Assembly (NCBI GenBank): GCA_002269645.1
Contig: NIVC01001117.1
Coordinates: 111,039 to 175,038, forward strand
Source: Macrostomum lignano
Taxonomy: Eukaryota
DNA: 64,000 nucleotides
Reading direction: 5' to 3'
Part shown: positions 48,419-61,150 of the stretch, piece by piece
How the letters are laid out: every line of letters begins with the position of its first letter
Numbering within the stretch: position 1 is the stretch's first letter
Notes under the pieces: model-generated
Told to the model about the DNA's origin: nothing
Seen by the model: the letters and a program-made list of their open reading frames with translations, nothing else
Database searches by the model: none
Made by a program: the position numbers and the translations under genes

Positions 48419-48743
48419 GACTCGACTCTCGCGCCGCGACCCCTGGTTCGATTCTGTGCGCGGCCACATTCATTTGGGGCTGGTGTGCACGAAAATCGCG
48501 CGGTTGTCATGCAATTCACAGCCATGACTGCCAACCCCTAAGTCACATGCCGTACAGTATTGGCGCGCTTGTATCATGTGCTCGAGTCAGCGGAATGGGC
48601 AGAATTTTCGTCAGCTCCGGTTGTGGGACGATGTCGCCGAATGCGTTGCACCCGGGTGCCCGCAACCCTCCTGCAGATTGATATTTACAGCTTTTTGCAG
48701 TCCATTTGAGCTGACGCGCATTGAATTGAATCCAAGAAATGTT

Positions 48744-49190
48744 TGCCAAAGCAATTGAGCTTTTGTCTATGGTAGCAAGGCTGGCACAGCAGCAGTTTGG
48801 TCCACAGACACTATAAATTTTATAGTATCTGTGGTTTGGTCTAACAAGCATCAATTTGATCCATAGCGGCTATGAAACTCATAGAAACTGTACGACTTAC
48901 TCGTACAGTTGTGTAATGCAATTTCACTGTACCGATACAAAATGATGCTGAAATGCAATCAACTATAACGAAAACAAAAATTAACGTTCGTTTAACAGTC
49001 TAGCATATGGTACACGATTTTTTGGGGCTGATCTTGCTAATCTTGCTATGCTTGTGACAGTCTGTTTAAATGAGAATCTAGGGGTGAAACTATAGAGCCG
49101 CTATACGGACCAAATTGATACTTGTTGGACTAAATTAACTGCTGCTGGGTCAGCCTTGCTACCATAGACAAAGGCTCAATTGCTTTGACA
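48744..49190. mobile_element. MITE-like element, ~447 bp, with ~55-60-bp terminal inverted repeats
   Basis: tgccaaagcaattgagcttttgtctatggtagcaaggctggcacagcagcagtt versus revcomp of the right end tgtcaaagcaattgagcctttgtctatggtagcaaggctgacccagcagcagtt. No coding capacity. Confidence 0.75.
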
Positions 49191-52100
49191 GATGTATCTT
49201 GCGTTTAATTCAACTGCATGTAAGCCCAAATAGGCTTCAAGAACCTACAATATATATATCAATATATCAATATATATATATATACAATGTATATATTATC
49301 GTAAGCTACTGGGCACTGGGCTGGGAGAGATTCTGGGATAGGGCCGCGCCCAGCAGATCCCAGCCACTGACTGCGATATTTTAGCACATTCTCACTAGCA
49401 GGAAGCAAGTGCAAAGCTGTTGGATGTATGTCCATTCCACTGACCCTTTGAATACTTGAACACGATCGAATTCCCTACTTGGTAGTAAGTAGTTTCACTG
49501 GCGAAAAAATGGCTCAAATGGCTCAAAATGGCTTAAATGGCTTAAAATTGAAAGATTAGAATTTATTGCACTCGCGCACTGCATTGCTGATCTGCAGGAT
49601 ACTGCAAGTTCAACCTGACGGCACAGAAGCCGCATCCGCTGCTCGTGTAGTGCCGTCGCTGCCGCCGCCGCTGCCGCCGATTCAATCGAAATGTCCAGTC
49701 AACGGTAGAATCTTTGCAAACTCTGCTCTGCTGTCCAGACTGCCGCCTCTGTACCCCACCTGTAGCAACTCCGCGCACTGCGGGCCAACCCCCGTGCGCA
49801 GGTGCGATTGACACCTATCTACGGCGAGACTTCAAACATGATTAGCGTTCGGGTTGGCAATTGTCAGACTGGATTCGATTTTGACGGCGGACAACAGCCC
49901 AGACCAGGAGCTTTGAATGTTGCATGTACTGCAGACTTCGTCCATTTTGCGCGTGTGCATGATGTATTTTATGTATATGGAACTACTGTCACACTAAGTA
50001 CAGCTAGCTAAATGTTAGAAGAGGACACTCACGGGCATGCATGGTGCATGTCAGAGGGCAGGTACCACACTTTGAAGTGGACTGGCTGAATTTTACATGT
50101 ATGATGCAAATGTGTATGTGTTGATACATGTATCTGTTACTGTACTGTATATTGAGTAAAGGAAAGATACAGAAAAGCTACAGATATTCAGCTGGCACCG
50201 ATGCGAATTAGATGCGATCTCGAATTAATTGTGTTCCAGTTATTTTTTAATTACAACAACAATTCAGCAACAATAATAACAACTACATGTACAACAGCAA
50301 CACCAACCATAACAACAACAACAAAAACAACAGCAGCAGCAAAGGATCTGTGGCTCAGAGAAAAGTTGTCATGCGGTCAAGTGTTCGCGGGTGTACAGAT
50401 AGCGCGTCGCAGCGTCGAGAGCGAGCGGACGAAGTCGTGAGTGCGGGCCCCGCCGTCGCATAGTTTCATTATATGTAAGACCATGCAGAATCTTCAGACG
50501 GTCGTGCTCGTGCCAAATGGAACTTGGATAACGTAACGGGGGGGCGCAAGGGCGAGTCAGATTTTCTAATGTGTAAATAAATTATGGAATGACTACATGT
50601 AAATAATCAAAAGCAACCTTAATACCTTAGTAATCTGTGCCCCTCGCTCAAAAATTGCAAGATCCGCGTTTTGATATAGCCGATTCTGATTTCAGATCAG
50701 ATCGAACCATTCATGCAGAACCTTTACAAATTATAACTTTTCTAAATTCAGAAGTGACCCAGTACAATATTTGTTATTTAAAAAATTCCAAACTTTTACC
50801 ACAGCTGTTTAGCGACCCTACTTTAATTATTCTCAAAATACAGTTTTAGAACAGAAGAAAAACATTCTTGAATTTTAAATTCTGATTCTTGGATCGAAAT
50901 CAAATCGCGCGTATTCTTAGAACTGAGCTCTGCTAGCTACAGCTCTTGAGACGCCGTATGAGTGTGTATGACATTCATGACACAAACAAAGTATTTTCCG
51001 AGACATTTATTGCAAATCTATACAGCACATATGTACTTTCATTGATTGCTTTGTGGTTAGAACTCAGAAAATTATATATTAAGTTTCAGACTAGACATTT
51101 AAGAACCTCCATAAGAATGATAAGATCCGAAATAAATGTTAATTTAATAAATTAAATGTTAAATGCCTGGCGACCATTCCGAGTCCCCCACCATGAGCCT
51201 TGGTATCTTAGCAATCCCCATGAGCTTTAAACTGTCAACAATTCCTCCAATAAACATTGAGCCACAGTATACTACCAGCATTGCCAGGAATCAGGGCTAT
51301 TTTATTTCATAAATAAATGATTTGATCTAGTTTTTTGCTAGCATTAAGCATTAGGATGCAATATTGCATATCTAATTCTATGGTCCAATTTCAGGATGTG
51401 AGTTGGAAAGTCAGGATGCTATATAAGCATTTCTATTGCATATAAAACCTAGGATTTGATGGTCATTCAGTATTAAATCAACCAAGACAAAAGGCAACAT
51501 GCCAAATGGTGAAAGTCAAGTTTAAGCAATTATGTTATATAGAATATATTTGTGCTAGTGGTGTTTCCTCCTACTTTATTAATTTTAATCCCATTAAATG
51601 CCACCAAGCTGTGCTAGGCCTGTTAACTCTATCTTTCTGATTGCTAGCCTTTGCCTAGTTACTTATCTTATGAACTGCCACCAAAGTTGTCCTAGTGCTA
51701 ATTGCTAAACTTCTGTCTCTCTACTTAATGTACTTTTGCATAAATGTACTACTATTACTGGTAGTGTACCTACTTATCTACTTATATTGGTAGCGTCTGC
51801 TTATCTACTTATATTGGTAGTGTCTACTTCTATAGTCTATACTTTTAGCCTGAGCAGTCTATTGGCACTGTTTGCTCTTATATCTCTCAGTCCTGGCATT
51901 CCCAGGATCAGAGGGTCATAGCTTTATGCATTTTCCCCACCCTGAGGTAAATCCTCCTGCTTTTAAGCGGTTCTTCTGTCCTGAGGCAAATTTACAATTA
52001 CTGCCCTGAGGCGATTCTTGCTTGTAGCAGTTTCTGATACTCCCAATTGGGGTTCTTATACTCTAAGAAATGATTAGGGGCCTAAGTCTTTAAGCAATTT

Positions 52101-53394
52101 CAATATTTTGAACAAACTAAATTTGCTTATTAAAAACCGAGAGGCAGCAAATGGTTGTCTCTTCAAGCCTGCTCAGTGTGTCTATTTATACTAGAAATTC
52201 TAAGCTTACAGTTGCATTTTAAACAAAAGTTAATATTTTTGGAAATAACAACATTAAAACAAAAGTAAGAATAATTTCCTTTTCACGTAAGTTCAACTAC
52301 CTGCATTTCTAAGAAAACAAAGCGAAAACATATAGTATTATTCATGCATATAAAAATAAGCTATTAATTCAGGCACTGTCTCATATTATAGTTTTGTATA
52401 TATAAGTGGCATAAGCCTAAGCATAGCCTAGCCTAGTTGTCTAGCATAGTACTCTAAAGTTATATTTATATTATATACGACTAATTAGTAGTTTACTATA
52501 CATAATTCAAAATATAATCATATTAATTTAGGGTTAAAGACCTATTCGCACTGCTATTATAGCATCATATATAAGACCAAATTTCATATTTAACAAGTGC
52601 ATAGCATTTTATATAACTTAGAAATTTTCTGTTTTATTTTTCTTATTTTTGTAGGCTTTACTTTCAGTCTAATAATTAATATATACATATATTGTGCAGT
52701 AGTATTAAACAAATTAATGTCAATCAACTCAATGAATGTAATTTATTCAATACTAAATAAGTAAACCAATTTATTTGTTGTATTTATTTATCAAAAATGT
52801 TGCAGAAATAGGCCAAATTTAAGCCTAAAGGCCTACTAAACCTAAAAAATATAATGATAACAATTTAATACTAGTACTCATATGATATAAAAGCAAGTTT
52901 TTTTCTTATAATTATAAAATACTAGTAGTAGTATTTGAAAAAATAATTAATGACAACAATAGTTTTAACCTATCACTTATAAACAGTGTCTTATTATTTA
53001 TTTATTTATTGTATAAGAAAAATGCTTCAAGGACTTCATTTGTCTTAGCTCTAGCCCCTGCCCCCTACTATCCCAACCATACATTTCACACAGCATAAAA
53101 AATCTCTATTACTTGAATCCCTGACCCTAGAAACTTGATAGTTCTTCTTATAAAGCTTTAAAAAGATCAACATTCATTCATTCCCATCCACTGTTCTAAC
53201 CTCTACCTATGAAATCAAAGTCTCCAATGGTCTTTTAAGTCTCAGTCATTAAGTGATATGATGCTGCTCTTGAGTAAATCAAATAGGTCAATACACAATA
53301 GCAGAGTTCCAGTGTCATCATGCTTCTGATTTCCTGAAAACCTGCCAACCATTCCTTAAACATTGTAAAACAATCTTGCTGCTTAGCTGCAATA

Positions 53395-53802
53395 ATGGTA
53401 CTGCTGTGCAGCTCGCTGGAGCCGCGGATCTCGGACGCCAACTGTCTCAGACTGGACCAAGCTGACCGGACTGACTTTCAAAAGCTGCTAGTGGAGCTCA
53501 CCGAATGTGCCACAGATAATCTGCAGTATTACGAGGCTCAATCTGGCGATACCGAACTCAAATTTGCCAGCCAATTTAGCAAATTAATCGACCTAATTGA
53601 TGGCAATATTCGGCCACTGTCCGAGTCGCTATTTGGCATGGCCAGGCGGTACGACTTTGCCGGCATGAGGGCTAATGGCTATCGGAGTCTGCTGTTTGTT
53701 ACTGAGCGCTGCTGCCGCCGCCTGCTCAATGTGGCTACTCACGTGAGGAATGGCCGCCAATCGCTGCTATTTAGATCTGGACATTATCAACGAGAGCTTA
53801 AG
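53395..53802 (+). CDS. LIPE: Hormone-sensitive lipase, exon A (HSL_N)
   Basis: YDFAGMRANGYRSLL...RQSLLFRSGHYQRELK matches the HSL N-terminal domain. Donor aag|gtgagg. Confidence 0.88.
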
Positions 53803-53929
53803 GTGAGGCTAATTAATATCTAATGATATCTATATGGTTATTTCTATTTTATAAATGTAATATGATTTGCTGGTAGATGATATTGGGATACTTGGAATTT
53901 TTTGGGATTGAGATCTATTTCGATAATCT

Positions 53930-54360
53930 GTGAAAATCTATTGGGATAATCTGTGACAGATCTATTGGGATAATCTATGACAGGTCTATTGGGATAATCT
54001 GTGACAGATCTATTGGAATTAATCTGTGACAGATCTATCGGGATAATCCGTGACAGATCTGTTGGAATAATCTATGACATCTATTGGGATAACCTATGAC
54101 ATCTATTGGGATAATCTATGACATCTATTGGGATAACCTATGACATCTATTGGGATAATCTATGACAGATCTGTTGGGATAATCTATGACATCTATTGGG
54201 ATAATCTATGACATCTGTTGGGATAATCTATGACATCTGTTGGGATTATCTATGAAATCTATTGGGATAATCTATGACATCTGTTGGGATAATCTATGAA
54301 ATCTGTTGGGATAATCTGACATCTATTGGAATAATCTGTGACACATCTATTAGGATAATC
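53930..54360. repeat. 22-24-bp minisatellite (gataatctatgacatctattgg) in HSL intron 1
   Basis: About 18 copies. Confidence 0.9.
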
Positions 54361-54491
54361 TGTCTATTAGTATACTTTAAGACCTGTTGTATTGTTACTA
54401 ATTTTATAATTTATTATCTCGAACTACTTTCTGCCAAATGAATCAGTTTCGATTGACCTCCTCTGACCCCCTCTGCCCCCCCCCTGCTCAG

Positions 54492-55040
54492 GCGTACATA
54501 TCCTGCTTAGACCAGCTGCACTACTGTCTGCACTATGCGGAACGCCTGCCAGCATTCAGCGCGCCCGGATCCTTATTCGTTGACGAATCGGTGTACACAA
54601 CAGATCCCGAGGCCAAGGATCTAATGCTGCAGGCCGAGTGCATCGCTCAGGAGTGCTTCTACGGTCGCTGTCTCGGCTTTCAATTCTGCGACTCAGTGCA
54701 CGCCACCCTGCTAGCGATCAGCATCGGCATGGCCACATTTGCCGAGGATTATAAGAATAGGGATAGGCGCGGATTAGCCAAGTGGGCCAGCACCTTGGCC
54801 AACTCTAGCCGGCATCTGTACGATCACGAGGGTCGAGCAGCCGCCGTAGTCAATATGACTAGAAATGCTACGGTGGATTTCTGTCTGAGCTTTTGGAATA
54901 GCGCAGAGAATCCGTTCTTCCAGAGTCTGCCGATGATTATGTGCCCTTCGCCGGCTGTTAGCGAGGTCTTCCACATACCGCCCACCGCTTTCCAGCTGCC
55001 TAGGGTTCTGCCGCATTCTCCTGGAGCTTTCTATTCGCAG
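54492..55040 (+). CDS. LIPE: Hormone-sensitive lipase, exon B
   Basis: AYISCLDQL..., ECFYGRCLGFQF, FCLSFWN. Acceptor cccctgctcag, donor cag|gtacga, phase 0/0. Confidence 0.9.
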
Positions 55041-55057
55041 GTACGAGAGCGATTCCG

Positions 55058-57590
55058 GATGAGGGATGGGCGATTCTGGATCAGGGATGGGGCGATTCTG
55101 GATCAGGGATGGGGCGATTCTGGATTAAGGATGGGGCGATTCTGGATTAGGGATGGGGCGATTCTGGATGAGGGATGGGCGATTCTGGATTAGGGATGGG
55201 GCGATTCTGGATGAGGGATGGGCGATTCTGGATGAGGGATGGGGCGATTCTGGATGAGGGATGGGCGATTCTGGATGAGGGATGGGCGATTCTGGATGAG
55301 GGATGGGCGATTCTGGATGAGGGATGGGGCGATTCTGGATGAGGGATGGGGCGATTCTGGATGAGGGATGGGGCGATTCTGGACTAAGGATGGGGCGATT
55401 CTGGATGAGGGATGGGGCGATTCTGGATGAGGGATGGGGCGATTCTGGATTAGGGATGGGGCGATTCCGGATGAGGGTTGGGCGATTCTGGATTAGGGAT
55501 GGGGCGATTCTGGATTAGGGATGGGGCGATTCTGGATTAGGGATGGGGCGATTCTGGATGAGGGATGGGGCGATTCTGGATTAGGGATGGGGCGATTCCG
55601 GATGAGGGTTGGGCGATTCTGGATTAGGGATGGGGCGATTCTGGATTAGGGATGGGGCGATTCTGGATTAGGGATGGGGCGATTCTGGATGAGGGATGGG
55701 GCGATTCTGGATTAAGGATGGGGCGATTCCGGATGAGGGTTGGGCGATTCTGGATGAGGGATGGGCGATTCTGGATGAGGGATGGGCGATTCTGGATTAG
55801 GGATGGGGCGATTCTGGATGAGGGATGGGGCGATTCTGGATGAGGGATGGGGCGATTCTGGATGAGGGATGGGGCGATTCTGGATGAGGGATGGGCGATT
55901 CTGGATGAGGGATGGGCGATTCTGGATGAGGGATGGGCGATTCTGGATGAGGGATGGGCGATTCTGGATGAGGGATGGGCGATTCTGGATGAGGGATGGG
56001 GCGATTCTGGATGAGGGATGGGGCGATTCTGGATGAGGGATGGGGCGATTCTGGACTAAGGATGGGGCGATTCTGGATGAGGGATGGGGCGATTCTGGAT
56101 GAGGGATGGGGCGATTCTGGATTAGGGATGGGGCGATTCCGGATGAGGGTTGGGCGATTCTGGATTAGGGATGGGGCGATTCTGGATTAGGGATGGGGCG
56201 ATTCTGGATTAGGGATGGGGCGATTCTGGATGAGGGATGGGGCGATTCTGGATTAAGGATGGGGCGATTCCGGATGAGGGTTGGGCGATTCTGGATGAGG
56301 GATGGGCGATTCTGGATTAGGGATGGGGCGATTCTGGATGAGGGATGGGGCGATTCTGGATTAGGGATGGGGCGATTCTGGATGAGGGATGGGGCGATTC
56401 TGGATGAGGGATGGGCGATTCTGGATGAGGGATGGGCGATTCTGGATGAGGGATGGGCGATTCTGGATGAGGGATGGGGCGATTCTGGATGAGGGATGGG
56501 GCGATTCTGGATGAGGGATGGGGCGATTCTGGATTAGGGATGGGGCGATTCTGGATTAGGGATGGGGCGATTCTGGATGAGGGATGGGGCGATTCTGGAT
56601 GAGGGATGGGGCGATTCTGGATGAGGGATGGGGCGATTCTGGATTAGGGATGGGGCGATTCTGGATTAGGGATGGGGCGATTCTGGATGAGGGATGGGGC
56701 GATTCTGGATTAAGGATGGGGCGATTCTGGATGAGGGATGGGGCGATTCTGGATGAGGGATGGGGCGATTCTGGATTAGGGATGGGGCGATTCCGGATGA
56801 GGGTTGGGCGATTCTGGATCAGGGATGGGCGATTCTTGATGAGGGATGGGGCGATTCTGGATTAGGGATGGGCGATTCTGGATTAGGGATGGGGCGATTC
56901 CGGATGAGGGTTGGGCGATTCTGGATGAGGTATGGGGCGATTCTGGATGAGGGATGGGGCGATTCTGGATCAGGGATGGGGCGATTCTGGATTAAGGATG
57001 GGGCGATTCTGGATTAGGGATGGGCCGATTCTGGATGAGGGATGGGCCGATTCTGGATTAGGGATGGTGCGATTCTGGATGAGGGATGGGCCGATTCTAT
57101 GAGGAATGAGGGATGGGGCAATTCTGGATTAGGGATGGGCGTTCTGGATTAGGGATGGAGCGATTCTGGAGTAGGGATGGGGCGATTCTGGATGAGGGAT
57201 GGGGCGATTCTGGATTAGGGATGGGGCGATTCTGGATTAGAGATGGGGCGATTCTGGAGTAGGGATGGGGTGATTCTGGATTAGGGATGGGGCGATTCTG
57301 GATTAGAGATGGGGCGATTCAGGATTAGGGATGGGGTGATTCTGGATTAGGGATGATGGGGGCGATTCTGGATTAAGGGATCGTGTATGGATTCTTGAAA
57401 GAGGGATGGGGCAATTCTAGATGAGGGATGAGCGACTTTTGGATTAGGGATGGGCGATTCTGGATTAGGGATGGGGCGATTCTGGATCAGGGATGGGGCG
57501 ATTCTGGATTAGGGATGGGGCGATTCTGGATTAAGGGATCGTGTATGGATTTTTGAAAGAGGGATGGGGCAATTCTAGATGAGGGATCCA
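55058..57590. repeat. G-rich 22/23-bp minisatellite (ggcgattctggatgagggatgg[g]), ~2.5 kb, HSL intron 2
   Basis: More than 100 copies, starting about 17 nt after the donor. Confidence 0.96.
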
Positions 57591-58249
57591 TCATCCTTGC
57601 TTGTTAAAAGCGATTTGAAAGTTTTTTAAATAAGAAGTAATAACAGACTATTTCTCAGTGTCAAGTGGCAGAATCTGTTCAATAAAACTATTAATAGACC
57701 TGACAGGCAATGCGTCAAGCATTTTTGCATCTAGAAATTTCCGTTCAATGTTTGTAGATAATCAGCACACGCAAAGTCTGAAATTTTCAGTCTGACCAGT
57801 GACACACATTTCATACGGGTTTCTTGTGTTATTCAAGTTTAGACTTTGGAGCTGACACGACTATTGGCGCAGGCTATGCTTGTGCAGCGGTCAGTCCTAG
57901 TTGACCCCGCCCTCACTCCCCCCTAGCTGAGCCACGCATGGTCTCTCTCTCAGCTACATTTATAGGTCTTAAGCAGAAGTAACCAACTAGCAGCTATTCT
58001 TATTTTCAATTGTGTTTTGCCACGTGTTGTTGTGATGGCAGCTAAATTGTTTCCTGACCCTAAGTTAGTTAAACTATGGTTTAGAAAGTTGAAAGAATAT
58101 TGAGGTTGAAAAATAGCTGCGCATTAGATCTGATTACTGTAGCATAATTGGTTGGGTGTGCCATAGGTTATGCGACTGAATCTCGGTCTGTTGTACTGAG
58201 TCTGCGATCGTGTGATTTAATATTGAGTGGAGAGCTGTACTTAGCCTGA

Positions 58250-58960
58250 GATCACGTGATTTCAATCCCCGCCAGCTGTACTTAATCTGCGATGATCATG
58301 TGATTGCAATTCCCGCCAGCTGTACTTAGTCTGCGATGATCACGTGATTGCAATTCCCGCCAGCTGTACTTATCTGTGATAATCACGTGAGTACAGTCCC
58401 CGCCAGCTGTACTTAGTCTGTGATGATCACGTGATTGCAGTCCCCGCCAGCTGTACTTAATCTGCGATGATCACGTGATTGCAATTCCTGCCAGCTGTAC
58501 TTAATCTGTGATGATCACGTGATTGCAATCCCCACCAGCTGTACTTAGTCTGTGATGATCACGTGATTGCAACCCCCTCTGCTGTACTTAGTCTGTGATG
58601 ATCACGTGATTGCAATCCCCGCCAGCTGTACTTAGTCTGTGATGATCACGTGATTGCAACCCCCTCTGCTGTACTTAGTCTGTGATGATCACGTGATTGC
58701 AATCCCCGCCAGCTGTACTTAGTCTGTGATGATCACGTGATTGCAACTCCCACCAGCTGTACTTAGTCTGTGATGATCACGTGATTGCAATCCCCACCAG
58801 CTGTACTTAGTCTGTGATGATCACGTGATTGCAACCCCCTCTGCTGTACTTAGTCTGTGATGATCACGTGATTGCAACCCCCTCTGCTGTACTTAGTCTG
58901 TGATGATCACGTGATTGCAATCCCCGCCAGCTGTACTTAGTCTGTGATGATCACGTGATA
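58250..58960. repeat. 43/44-bp minisatellite carrying ATCACGTGAT and CAGCTG in each unit
   Basis: About 16 copies of gatgatcacgtgattgcaatccccgccagctgtacttagtctgt. Confidence 0.93.
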
Positions 58961-59073
58961 CCCGCGTGATGTGCTTTCTTCAATCGCTTGAACATCAAAT
59001 GTTGCTTTACTTAGTGTTTGCAATAGAAAAAAATTAAGTTTCAGTATCAACTCCCAATCAATGTGCTTCGCAG

Positions 59074-60336
59074 ATTCCCGACAAGGTGAACATCGCTCCG
59101 CCAGTGGCGCACCGCGGCCCCGACGCTGTCGCCTGTCGACTACTGTGCCATCGGGCCCGCGTCGGCATGACCTGGTTGCTAGGAAACCTGCCCCCAGACA
59201 CGGTGGCCCCCTCCAATTGTCTAATCTTTCACGTTCACGGAGGCGGCTTCGTGGCGCAGAGCTCCCGCAGCCAGGAGGTGTACCTGCGCCACTGGGCCCG
59301 CGACCTCGACTGTCCAATAGTCAGCGTAGACTACAGCCTGGCGCCAAAGAATCCGTTTCCCCGCGCCCTAGAAGAGGTGTTCTTCAGCTACGCCTGGTGC
59401 CTGAACAATCTCCGCGCATTAGGCAGCACCGGACAGCGGATTATCGCCGTTGGCGACTCGGCCGGCGGCAATCTAATCCTGTCTATGAGCATCCGCTGCG
59501 TGCAGTTCGGCATCCGGCCGCCGGACCTGCTGCTGCCCATCTACACCCCCGCCCTGATTCGGTTCACGCCGTCTCCGTCCCGCCTGATGGCCATCATGGA
59601 TCCGCTGCTGCCTGTCGGCATTCTGACCCGCTGTCTGCTGGCCTACGCCGGCATCGACGAGGGCTCTTTGCTCGGACAGCTGGCCGAGAATGGCCTGGCC
59701 GCGTCGTCGTCGTCGGCGAATGCGGCTGCGGCTGCGGCGTCAAAATCTTCGGCGCCGCCGGACAGCGCGCATTCGGACGAGATTTTCTCCTGGGACGATT
59801 GGACGGCTGGCGAGCCGGCCGGCGATGAAGCTTCGTCTTTGTCGTCGAGCGGCGTCGGCGGCCGGCTGCCGGTAAGTCGATCGGCGCCGGCGCTGCCCCA
59901 GCAGCTGCAGTCGCCGAGGCCGGAGCGGCGGCGTCAGGCTCAGCAGCAACAGCAGCGGGGAGCCTCGGAGCTGGACTTCCTAGCCCAGTTGGGCGAGCGA
60001 CATTTTGCCCAGAGTCCGATCGAGACCCCGCTGACAAAGATTCGCATCGCCGGGCCGTTCATCATACCGCTGGACCCGTTCATGAGTCCCTACCTGGCCG
60101 ACGATGCCGACTTGGCCCGCCTGCCGCCCGTGCACATGATCGCCTGCCGTCTGGACCCCTGCCTTGACGACAGCATCATGCTGGCTAGGAAACTGTCCGA
60201 GCTTGGCCGGCCAGTTAAGCTGTACGTGCTTTCCGATTTGCCGCACGGCTTTCTTAATTTTAATTTGACCAGCCGAGACGCCAAGGCCGGGTCGGATTTT
60301 GTGGTGCAACGACTGAGAGAGGCCATGTCCGATTGA
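59074..60336 (+). CDS. LIPE: Hormone-sensitive lipase, exon C (alpha/beta hydrolase catalytic domain); total ~739 aa
   Basis: Acceptor gtgcttcgcag. HGGGFVAQSS, SVDYSLAP, GDSAGG (Ser), LDPCLDDS (Asp), LPHGFLN (His), TGA at 60336. Confidence 0.94.
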   Translation: MPDKVNIAPPVAHRGPDAVACRLLCHRARVGMTWLLGNLPPDTVAPSNCLIFHVHGGGFVAQSSRSQEVYLRHWARDLDCPIVSVDYSLAPKNPFPRALEEVFFSYAWCLNNLRALGSTGQRIIAVGDSAGGNLILSMSIRCVQFGIRPPDLLLPIYTPALIRFTPSPSRLMAIMDPLLPVGILTRCLLAYAGIDEGSLLGQLAENGLAASSSSANAAAAAASKSSAPPDSAHSDEIFSWDDWTAGEPAGDEASSLSSSGVGGRLPVSRSAPALPQQLQSPRPERRRQAQQQQQRGASELDFLAQLGERHFAQSPIETPLTKIRIAGPFIIPLDPFMSPYLADDADLARLPPVHMIACRLDPCLDDSIMLARKLSELGRPVKLYVLSDLPHGFLNFNLTSRDAKAGSDFVVQRLREAMSD

Positions 60337-60489
60337 TATGCAGTTTTTTAATCAATAATTATTCTGTTACCTGGACTTAACAATAAAGCATGTACTTAAT
60401 AACTTTCGGCCGATTTTTAGCCTTGCAGTTTACGTTTTTCAACTGCAAATTAGAGATAGGAAAGTTAGATTTTTTAAAGTATGGATTCG

Positions 60490-61150
60490 GAGCTAAGATT
60501 AGAGTTCTAGATCTGGGGATTTGGGACTGGGATTATTGGGTTTTAGATCTGGGGATTTGGGACTGGGATTATCGGGTTCTAGATCTGGGGATTTGGGACT
60601 GGGATTATCGGGTTCTAGATCTGGGGATTTGGGACTGGGATTATCGGGTTCTAGATCTGGGGATTTCAGACAGGGATTATCGAGTTCTAGATCTGGGGAT
60701 TTCGGACTGGGATTATCGGGTTCTAGATCTGGGGATTTCGGACTGGGATTATCGGGTTCTAGATCTGGGGATTTCGGACAGGGATTATCGGGTTCTAAAT
60801 CTAGGGATTTAGGACTGGGATTATCGAGTTCTAGATCTGGGGATTTGGGACTGGGATTATCGAGTTCTAGATCTAGGGATTTGGGACTGGGATTATCGGG
60901 TTCTAGATCTGGGGATTTGGGACTGGGATTATCGGGTTCTAGATCTGGGGATTTGGGACTGGGATTATCGGGTTCTAGATCTGGGGATTTCGGACAGGGA
61001 TTATCGAGTTCTAGATCTGGGGATTTGGGACTGGGATTATCGGGTTCTAGATCTGGGGATTTGGGACTGGGATTATCGGGTTCTAGATCTGGGCAGTTGG
61101 GTCTGGGATTATCGGGTTCTATATCTGGAGATTTTGGACCGCGATAATCG
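60490..61150. repeat. 36-bp minisatellite (ctagatctggggatttgggactgggattatcgggtt)
   Basis: About 18 copies just downstream of HSL. Confidence 0.94.
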
